Of a stretch of 64,000 bases of DNA, positions 56,101 to 64,000 are shown piece after piece (the stretch's first letter is position 1; each line of letters opens with the position of its first letter). The translations under genes were made by a program, and so were the position numbers. Under the pieces are notes generated by a model that saw only the letters and a list, made by a program, of their open reading frames with translations, was not told where the DNA came from and did no database searches. Source of the DNA: an uncultured Acidobacteriota bacterium (GTDB lineage Bacteria > Acidobacteriota > Vicinamibacteria > Vicinamibacterales > SCN-69-37); contig CAVVUL010000008.1 of the NCBI GenBank assembly GCA_963751445.1, positions 201,803 through 265,802 of the forward strand, written 5' to 3'.

Positions 56101-57028
56101 TCAGTGTCCCAGATGTTCCAGATACCGTTCGGCGTCGATCGCCGCCATGCAGCCTGAGCCGGCGGCGGTGATGGCCTGGCGGTAGACGTGGTCCTGCACA
56201 TCGCCGCAGGCGAAGACGCCGGGCACGTTGGTCTTGGCGCCGTCCTGCGTGATCAGATAGCCGGTCGCGTCCATGTCGAGCTGGCCGCTGAACAAGCTCG
56301 TGTTCGGCTCATGTCCGATGGCGACGAACACGCCGTCGACCGGCAGCGTCTTCTCGACGCCGGTCTTGAGATTCCGCAGCGCGACGCCGCTGACCACGCC
56401 GCCGCTGTCCTGAACGTCCAGGACCTCGGTGTCCCACTCGAACGAGATCTTGGGATTGGCGAAGGCCTTGTCCTGCATGATCTTCGACCCGCGCAGCGAG
56501 TCGCGCCGATGGATGAGCGTGACCTGCGACGCGAACCGCGTGAGGAACGTCGCTTCTTCGAGCGCCGAGTCTCCCCCGCCGATGACGGCAATCGGCTTGC
56601 CCCGGAAGAAGAACCCATCGCACGTCGCGCAGGTGGACACGCCGCGCCCCATCAAGCGTCGTTCGGCCGGCAGGCCGAGCAACTTGGCGGAGGCGCCGGT
56701 CGCGACAATCAGCGCGCGCGCCTGGATCGCGCCGTCATCGGTCGTGATCGTGAAAGGCGCGTTCGACAGGTCCACGGCGCTCACGTTCCCGCGGATCAAC
56801 TCGGCGCCGAACCGCTCGGCCTGCGCGCGCATGGCGCCCATCAAATCCGGCCCCATGATGCCATCCGCGAACCCGGGGAAGTTCTCGACTGCCGTGGTCA
56901 TCATGAGCTGACCGCCGGCCTCGAGTCCTTCGATGACGAGCGGGGCGAGGTTGGCGCGCGCCGTGTAGAGCGCGGCCGTCAGGCCGGCCGGGCCCGATCC
57001 GATGATGACGACATTGCGCGCGGGACAT
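56101..57028 (-). CDS. trxB: thioredoxin-disulfide reductase; one frame break near 57015
   Basis: [16 protein letters not shown], redox-active [27 protein letters not shown]. Continuous for about 0.9 kb. The ATG (MSRA..) lies in the frame of ORF 56735..57028. Confidence 0.85.
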
Positions 57029-57053
57029 GCGAGAACCCGATCCGGCAGCGCGA

Positions 57054-57385
57054 TCAGAGGTGCCGGTCGAGCATCTGCTTCAGCGCGCCCTTGTCCACCA
57101 GTCCGACGGCCTGGTCGACAATTTCCCCGCCCTTGAACAACATGACGGTCGGAATGCCCGCGCACCATGTAGCGCATCGTGATGCTCGGGTTGTCGTCCA
57201 CGTTCAGCTTGCCCACGGCCACCTTGCCCTGATAGTCGGCGGCGACGGCGTTGATGGCCGGCTCCATCGCGCGGCAGGGGCCGCACCATTCCGCCCAGAA
57301 ATCCACCAGCACGGGCGTGGCGGCCTTGAGCACATCGGCATCGAAGTTGCCGTCGGTGTACGTCGAGCACGTGTTCGGAAGCCAT
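57054..57385 (-). CDS. trxA: thioredoxin; about 2 frame breaks
   Basis: MASEHVLDV.., [18 protein letters not shown] (WCGPC), [14 protein letters not shown], ..[13 protein letters not shown].. in another frame. Confidence 0.8.
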
Positions 57386-57393
57386 CGCGCTGT

Positions 57394-58886
57394 TCACCCT
57401 TTCGTCTCGAGGACACCGCCGCCGCGCGGGTTCTCGTCACACCCGCCGCGCGAGCTCGTCTGTACACTTTGCCATATTCCCGGGCCGATGTGTCCCATGA
57501 GTGGTCGGCTGTCATCCCGTTCAGGATCAGCTTCCGCCACACGGCCGGATTGTGATACAGCCGGAGCGGCCTGCTGCACGCACGCGCAGGAACCCGTCCG
57601 GCGAGTCGTCCCGGAACTTGAACCCGTTGGCGTGCTTGGCGCGCGCCGTATACGGCTGAATCGTGTCGTCGCAGGCCGCCGACCGCCCGCACGATCGGCA
57701 CCGTGCCGTAGCGCAGGCTGTACATCTGGTTCAGGCCGCACGGCTCGAACTCGGACGGCATCAGGAAGAGATCGGCGCCCGCTTCCACCCGATGCGCGAG
57801 GCCCTCGTCGAACCCGATGCGGACGGCCACGCGCGACGGGATACTTGGCGGCCAGCGCGCGCAGCGCGTGCTCGTACTTCGCGTCACCCTGGCCCATGAA
57901 CACCCACGTCGCATCGAGCTCGACCAGTTGCGCGCCGCACCGATCGATCAGGTCGAGCCCCTTCTGCGCCACCAGCCGCGACACCATCCCCACGAGCGGC
58001 CGTCGCCAGCGCATCGTCGCCGCGCGGGAAACCGAACTCGCGCGAGCAGCGCCCGCTTGCACGCCGCCTTGCCGGCCAGATCGTCCACGCTGAAGTGCGC
58101 CGGCAGCATGCGGGTCCGTCGCCGGGTTCCACGCCTGGGTGTCGATGCCGTTGAGGATGCCGACGTAGCGGTCGCCGCACGCGCGCAACACGCCCTCGAG
58201 TCCGGCGCCGGCACGGCGCTGGTCAGCGTCTCTCTCGCGTACGTCGGGCTGACGGTCGTCACGTAGTCCGCCGCGGTGATGCCGGCTTTCAGAAAGCTGA
58301 ACTGACCCCAGAACTCGCCGGCGTCCATCGTGAAACACGTCCCACGGCAGCCCGAGCGGCGGCACGGACTCCCGCGGGAAGACGCCCTGATAGGCGAGGT
58401 TGTGGATGGTGAGCACCGCGCCGGCCCGCCCAAGCGCGCCCGCACGCCGGCTCGGTCCTGAGCCGCGCGAGCGACGTCGCGGCCTGCCAGTCGTGCGCGT
58501 GAACGACGTCGACCCCGCGCGCCGTCGGCGCGCGCGAACTCCAGCGCCGCCAGCGACAGCAGATCGAAGCGGACGTCGTTGTCGGCATACTCCGCCCCGC
58601 CTTCGCCGTACAGCGCGGCGCGGTCGTAGAACTCCGGCGCGTCCACGAACACGACGCGGCGGCGCGGCGACGCCGACAGGACGTGCCACGCCACATCGCG
58701 CGTGCGGCTGCCCTGCCGCAGGCGATGCCGTCCGGACGTCGGCGCCCGGCGTCTCCACGTGCGCGGTATCGCGGCAGCACCAGCGTGACGTCGTGCCCCA
58801 GTGCGTCGAGCGCCACCGGCAGCGCCGCCACGACGTCAGCCGAGGCCACCCGTCTTGGCCCACGGCGTGGCCTCGGACGCGACCAT
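57394..58886 (-). CDS. glgA: glycogen synthase (ADP-glucose type); many frame breaks, 3' end uncertain
   Basis: [83 protein letters not shown]. Confidence 0.8.
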
Positions 58887-58983
58887 CAGGATGCGAAGGC
58901 GCGGAGCGCCGTGCAGGAGCGCAAGCGGCAAGGCCATCGTGAGACGTCGAAGTCTCGAACGTCGACGAGTTCGAACTCAGGTC

Positions 58984-60071
58984 TTACTGGATCTCTCGAT
59001 CGCCGCCAATGAGCCCGGTCGATCGGCCGACCGCCCAGTTGAACAGATGCCGCGCTTCCCAGAAGCGGATGGTGCTGTTGGCGGCGCCGAGCACGACCAC
59101 GGCGACCTGCGGGCCCTGCGGCATCCGCAGCAGCGTGGCCAGGCAGTATCCCGCCTTGGCGATGAATCCCGTCTTGCCGCCGACGACGTCCATGCCGCTC
59201 GCGAGCAGACTGTCGCCCAGCAGGCGGTTCGTGCTGTGAATGGCAATCACGCGCGGCGTTCGTGCGCGCCGTGAACTCCTGCGTGCGCATGATCGGCCCG
59301 AGCGCCGGATCGGCGCTGGCGAACGCGATCAGGTGCGAGATGTCGTAGGCCGACGACTGGTTGCGCGCGTCGAGGCCGGACGGATCGGCGTACGTCGAAT
59401 TCGTCAGCCCGAGGTTCACCGCCATCTCATTCATGCGCGTCACGAACGCGGCCGTGCCGCCTTCGGAGGTGCGCGCCAGCACACGCGCCGCCGCGTTGTC
59501 GGACGCGATGAGCGTCAGATGCAGCAGGTCCCCGTAGCTGATCCGATCGCCCGCGCGGAGGTGCGTCGTGGACGCGCTCCGCATGTCGGCAGACGTCACC
59601 GCCACGACCTGGCTCAGGTCCGGCTCGTCGGCGACGAACGTCAGCGCCGTCATCAACTTCGTGAGGCTGGCGACGGATCGGACTGTCGTGCGCGTTCTGC
59701 TCCCACAGGACCGCGTTGGTCTGCGGATCGAAAATGATCGCCGCGGCCGCGCGCACGTCGGGCACCTGATTGCCGAGCAGGTCCCGCTTGTAGTGCGGCG
59801 TCATCGCCTCGCGCTCGATGCGCTGGCGCTCGAGTTCGGCGGCGCGCGCGCGGGAGGCCGACGCGCGGCGCGCGCGCTCGGCCGCGGCGGCCCGCGACTC
59901 CGCCAGACTCGTGCGCGTTTGCGGAGCCGCCGTGCTCGTCGCTTTCGCGGTCGTGGAAGTGGTGGTCTTGGCGGGTGCTGACGTCTTGGGGACGTTGGAG
60001 GCGGACTGCGCCCACCCCGTCGCGCCCCACGAAATCGTGAGCGCGGCAGCGGCAATCAGGGCAAAACTCAC
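58984..60071 (-). CDS. D-alanyl-D-alanine carboxypeptidase (peptidase S11, low-MW PBP); about 4 frame breaks, start uncertain
   Basis: Signal peptide (VSFALIAAAALTISWGATGWAQS), SxxK (ASLTKLMTAL), SxN (IASDNAAARVLA), KTG (GGKTGFIAKAGYC). A coiled-coil-like Ala/Arg/Glu segment follows the signal peptide. Confidence 0.75.
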
Positions 60072-60554
60072 ACGGGCGATGCGACTTTTCCTGCACCCGA
60101 ACTCCAGATCTGAAACCCGCCCTGACCTGCATGCCGCCCGGTCAGGGTGTCGGATAGTAACACCACAAGTCTTTGGCCGGCAACGGGTACGGGACATTTG
60201 CCCGCCGCCGCTTCCCGTTATCGGCACTCCGATCAGACGCGTGAGGGCGCCCGGCAGTCGTCCCTCGCGCGAGGTGAGTGCAAGAGTCGTGTCAGAGAAC
60301 GAACCGGCTCTCGCCCCGGCGCCAGTCCCGCGGCGACGGATCACCGTTGTCATCGCGATTACGTTCCCGACGGTCCTGGCATCCAAACGGCTGACGTCAT
60401 CGATCCAGCAGAGTGGTTCATTGGACACACTGACATGGTCTGTCGGCTGAACGCAGTAGAAATTACACAGGATTTCACACTGATCGGCGAGCCTACCCGA
60501 ATTGTCGGTCAGGTACGACGATTGCATTGCCCTATGCCGGGAAATGGTGCTGCG

Positions 60555-60767
60555 ATGAGTCTAGTCCGCCTGCTCGGCTTCAAGACGCTCACCTGTGGCT
60601 GTGTGTCCGGCCGCTACCGCGACGTGGCCTCCAGCCGCGAGGTCACCTACATCGAAGAGAAAGGCACGACCTGCCCGCAGGCCGGCCACCAACGCAACCA
60701 GCCCCTGAGCGCCGACCGCGTGGCCCACGGCTTCGCGGTCGCCCAGGACATCGCGCGGGTTTCGTAA
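60555..60767 (+). CDS. small (70 aa) Cys-containing hypothetical protein
   Basis: MSLVRLLGFKTLTCGCVSGRYRDVASSREVTYIEEKGTTCPQAGHQRNQ.. GC3-rich codons begin abruptly at this ATG. The upstream part of ORF 60147..60767 uses A/T-ending codons. A hairpin follows. No family recognised. Confidence 0.45.
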   Translation: MSLVRLLGFKTLTCGCVSGRYRDVASSREVTYIEEKGTTCPQAGHQRNQPLSADRVAHGFAVAQDIARVS

Positions 60768-60772
60768 GTTCG

Positions 60773-60791
60773 CGGGGTCTGAAGGCCCCGG
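60773..60791. terminator. REP-like hairpin after the small ORF
   Basis: CGGGGTC-TGAA-GGCCCCG, with one G-T wobble. Located 6 nt after the stop at 60765-60767. Confidence 0.35.
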
Positions 60792-60862
60792 CTCCATCGC
60801 GCACGGCCCCGAATCCCCCCAGGACCTGTACTTTCCGACCCGATTGACCGAAACGTAAGGGC

Positions 60863-61748
60863 ATGGCGCTCGCGATTGTCTCGCGTCGGCCCCTCGGGCC
60901 GCGGTATGAACTGAAGATCGGTCGGGCGACCCTCCGGTTCTTCCATGGGGACTGCCTGTCCGTCCTCCAGGAGATGGAGCCGGCCAGCGTCGGGGTCGTG
61001 GTGACGTCCCCGCCCTACAACCTGGGGATCAAGTACCGCAGTTATCGGGACGACATGCCGCGGGGCGAATACCTGGCCTGGACCGATCGGTGGATCCGCG
61101 CGGTCAAGGGCGTGCTGGCGCCCTCAGGGCTCGCGTGTTCCTGAACGTCGGCGCCAAGCCGACCGACCCCTGGATTCCGCTGGAGGTCGCGCAGGTCGCC
61201 CGCAAGCACTTCAAGCTGCAGAACACGATTCACTGGGTGAAGTCGATTGCCATCGACCGCGCGGCGACCGGCTCCGGCAGCCGCCTCGATCGGGACGTCG
61301 CGGTCGGCCACTACAAACCCATCAACAGCGACCGGTTCGTGAACGACTGCCACGAGTACATCTTCCACTTCTCACCCGGCGGCCGGAACAAGCTGGACCG
61401 CCGGGCCGTGGGCGTGCCCTACCAGGACCCGTCGAACATCGCGCGCTGGGCCAAGTCCGGCGACGGTCTTCGCTGCCGGGGCAACACGTGGTTCATTCCC
61501 TACGAAACGATTCAGAGCCGCGATCGGGACCGGCCGCATCCGGCGTCGTTTCCGCCCAAGGTGCCGGAGCAGTGCGTGCGCCTGCACGGCCTCGACCGCG
61601 CGCGGCGTGGTGCTGGATCCGTTTCTCGGACTCGGGACGCAGCGCGATCGCCGCCGCCCGGCTGGGCGTGGACTTCATCGGGATCGAAATGGACGAGCAC
61701 TACCTGGCGGAAGCGGTCGCGCGCGTGAAGGCGGCTGTCACCGCTTGA
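60863..61748 (+). CDS. beta-class N4/N6 DNA methyltransferase with SPPY motif IV (candidate m4C enzyme), no adjacent endonuclease; 2 frame breaks (about 61130 and about 61600)
   Basis: [26 protein letters not shown] (motif IV near the N-terminus), [54 protein letters not shown] (motif I at the C-terminus). Its 3' end overlaps the convergent VWA gene by 11 nt. Confidence 0.75.
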
Positions 61749-63054
61749 TGGTGTACCAGTCCTTGTAGATCGGCTTCTGCGCGCCCGGGCGCGTCACCTT
61801 GATTTCAATGCGGCGGCGGACCTTCATCGGGATCGGGGTTGTTCGACTCGTACCCGATCATGTAGTAGTCGCTCATCTCGTTGTCGACGAGCTGCAGCCC
61901 CTTCTTGAAATCGTTCGTCCGGCAGATGCACTTGCCCCCGGTTTCGTTGGCGATGACATCCAGCGAGCTGAGCGAGGTATTCACGAACTTGAACCACTCG
62001 TCGTTCGAGAGCGTGGTGCCCGCCGGCGACCCGGCAATCAGGCCGCGCGGATCGACCGTATAGAACGACGTGTTGGCCCGGCGCGCGCGCCGCACGAGTT
62101 CCCCCAGCGCCGCCACCAGGTCGGCTTCCGCGAATTCCTGATGGCCGATCTCGAACGGATTCCTCGAACGCGGTTGACGCTGGCCGCGTTGCCCAGGTCC
62201 GCTGAGCGGATCGCCGTTGCCTGCCGCCGGCCGCCATCTGGTCGACCGGAATGGGCGTGCTGCCGAACACGTCCTGCAGCGCCTGATACCGCGAATTCGT
62301 GAACGGGTTGAAGTCGTACCCGCTGCTCACGTAGATGAACGCCTTGCGCCGGTTCGCGCACCTTCTCGGCCTGCGTCCAGGATGTCGTAGGCCACCCTGA
62401 ACGCCATAAACGCGTTGTCCCGAAGCCCCGACGGCCCTTCAATCGGTCTGCGCGGTGTTGATGATTTCGCTCGGCGACATCCCCGAGCCCATCGTCTTCC
62501 AATCGCTTGGTTGAACCGCGGGTGCTTGGGATCGGGGCTGAGGTCGAAAGAGATCGACGAGTACCCGCTGGAGACCAGTCCCGATGAGGTCGCCTCGTGC
62601 ACGAGGTGTCCCGGATCTGCTTCAGGACCTGGCGCGCCTCGGCGAATCCAGCGCCTGCAAGTGCATGTCGTCGATGAAGATGATGAAGATGCGTCCCGGA
62701 CTGGTCCGCCGTGACTGGCTGCGTCTTCGGCAGGATCAGCCCTTCGCCGACCGTGGCGCGGCTGACCGGTGCGATTTCGGTCATCGCACGGCCGCCGATC
62801 ACGGCCGCGAAGTTCGTGACGTTCTGCAGAACGCCGTCTTCGTAGACTTCGAAGTCCTTGATGGTCAGGTCAGGAATGAACTGGCCGCTGTGCGTCGCGG
62901 ACGATGACGTCCGTGGTGACAAGTCAGTCGCCGACCCGTAAGTGGGGGTCGGCTTGCGGGGCTTGGCGGGGCTGCTGGGCCGATACCACGCCGTCGCCGC
63001 CAGAACCGGCAGCGCCACCCTCAGCATCCACACGCGTGCCTGCGGTTTCTTCAT
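61738..63054 (-). CDS. VWA domain protein of the acidobacterial VWFA-related type (second copy); many frame breaks
   Basis: MKKPQARVWMLRVALPVLAATA signal, ..GQFIPDLTIKDFEVYEDGVLQNVTNF, ..IFIIFIDDMH.., ..ANTSFYTVDPRGL.., ..MSDYYMIGYESNNPDP.., ..[26 protein letters not shown]. Confidence 0.7.
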
Positions 63055-63088
63055 AACGTGGTTCAGGGACTGGTTGGGCGTGGTCGCC

Positions 63089-63767
63089 CTAGCCATTATG
63101 CCAGACGCGGCTGCACCACCCTCTTCGGCGCGCCGGCGCCCACCGCGGCGTCCTCGCCGTCGGGACGGAAGCTCCGCGACTATCGCATCGCATGCCGCGT
63201 CCATTGAAGCGACCTGGGCGCGAATGGTGGACTCGTCCGGCCACCCGTCGGGGTTAAGACGCTTGGCCCGGTCCAGCAGCCGGTCTCTCTCCTCAGGGGA
63301 CCTGGCGCGCCGGCCGACCCGCTGCACGAGCTCGTTGTACCGTGTGCGGAGTCGTGCGGCCTCGGCCGCCCCCAGGTACCTGGCCAAGCGTCGACGGATC
63401 CTCGGCCGGAACCACGTACGCCGGCGGGGCTGCCGCCGGCGCGATCCCCGGCGCCGGCTGGGGCGGGCGCACCTGCGGTCCGGTGGCCCCGGCGGCTGCC
63501 TTCGGTGCTGAGCGGCTCCAATCGCGCTCCCGGAATGACCGCATCGCGCGTCAGCGCGTCCCAGTCGAAGTTCAGATCCGGATGGGTGTGCTCGAGTGCC
63601 TCGCGCACCTCGGCATCGAGCGCCGTCCGACCGATCTGCAGGTTTGCGGGAGAACGGAAGACGTAGAGCACACGCGTCTGTTGCTGGCCCCCCGAACCGC
63701 GGGCCACGTGCATGACGTACGTGTGGTCGAACCCGCGCTTGTCGCGGGCCTGGCGAATGAAGGGCAC
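63089..63767 (-). CDS. hypothetical protein; about 2 frame breaks, stop uncertain (63089-63098)
   Basis: (V)PFIRQARDKRGFDHTYVMHVARGSGGQQQTRVLYVFRSPANLQIGRTALDAEVREALEHTHPDLNFDWDAL.. continues as ..LRTRYNELVQRVGRRARSPEERDRLLDRAKRLNPDGWPDESTIRAQVASMDAACDAIVAEL.. No family recognised. Confidence 0.45.
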
Positions 63768-63773
63768 GCGCGT

Positions 63774-64000
63774 CTACCTCTTCTTGCGGGCGGGAGCGGC
63801 GGCTTTCTTTGGCCGGCTTCGCAGCCTTCTTCGCGGCCTTCGCGCCGCCAGGTCGAGCGGCAGGCTTCTTCGCGACCTTGGCGGCCGGAGCGGGCTTGCT
63901 GGTCTTGGCTGCCGGACGCGCCGGAGCCGCGGGCTTGGATGGCAGCTTCACCGACGCGGCGGCACTCGGATCCTGGAAGATCCGGACCAGGTCGAACCCC
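63774..64000 (-). CDS. 3' end of a gene encoding a Lys/Ala/Pro-rich (histone H1-like) C-terminal tail; gene starts beyond the window
   Basis: ..GFDLVRIFQDPSAAASVKLPSKPAAPARPAAKTSKPAPAAKVAKKPAARPGGAKAAKKAAKPA.. After one frame break it reads ..KKAAAPARKKR* with TAG at 63774-63776. Confidence 0.4.

Noticed and set aside
60147-60554. N-terminal 136 codons of ORF 60147..60767 as part of a 206-aa protein
   Set aside because: Codon usage switches abruptly from A/T-ending or Arg-rich to typical GC3 codons at the internal ATG 60555. The upstream part looks non-coding.
60091-61748. Complete type II restriction-modification system
   Set aside because: There is no ORF of endonuclease size or character next to the methyltransferase on either strand. 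The only neighbour is a 70-aa protein, so the methyltransferase is treated as orphan pending a database search.

Overview
This is a very GC-rich bacterial chromosomal segment. It is most consistent with Acidobacteriota, an inference from two VWA proteins of the acidobacterial 'VWFA-related' type and from GC-hairpin REP-like repeats. The content is almost entirely housekeeping.

Gene order:
- 0-5.7 kb: secreted beta-propeller protein, ECF sigma/anti-sigma pair, TPR protein.
- 5.8-8.5 kb: large sigma54-dependent activator.
- 8.6-16.2 kb: aroC-def-fmt-rsmB-PASTA-rpe-thioesterase-epimerase-bamD string.
- 16.3-19.4 kb: pgsA, and manC-like/PMM.
- 19.6-24.5 kb: tRNA-Gly(CCC), VWA protein, a lower-GC polytopic membrane protein, tRNA-Pro(GGG), MerR regulator.
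- 24.6-27.4 kb: der, HU/IHF, M50 protease.
- 27.5-38.3 kb: a 10-gene minus-strand string, priA-udg-coaBC-rpoZ-gmk-yicC-msbA-like-GT2-galE-ugd.
- 38.5-46.3 kb: a divergent plus-strand glycan locus with five glycosyltransferases, a priming sugar transferase and UDP-xylose synthase.
- 46.4-53.6 kb: a minus-strand string with a CDP-alcohol transferase, TPR/SLH protein, hflX, tsaC, MFS, SAM hydroxide adenosyltransferase, a methyltransferase-like gene and bactofilin.
- 53.7-60.1 kb: iscS-mnmA, trxB-trxA-glgA, and a D-Ala-D-Ala carboxypeptidase.
- 60.1-64 kb: a small lower-GC islet with a 70-aa Cys protein and an SPPY-type DNA methyltransferase, then a second VWA protein.

Main caveat: most genes after about 14 kb, and especially after 24.5 kb, are broken by many single-base frame shifts. 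Essential genes are affected, so this looks like uncorrected assembly indels rather than biology. Boundaries of interrupted genes are my reconstructions from motif continuity across frames.

I see no complete novel multi-gene system such as a defence island, CRISPR array or prophage. The most unusual signals are non-coding:
- a family of nested palindromic elements;
- purine-rich 7-9 nt tandem arrays at gene 3' ends;
- REP hairpins;
- tRNA-linked repeats.
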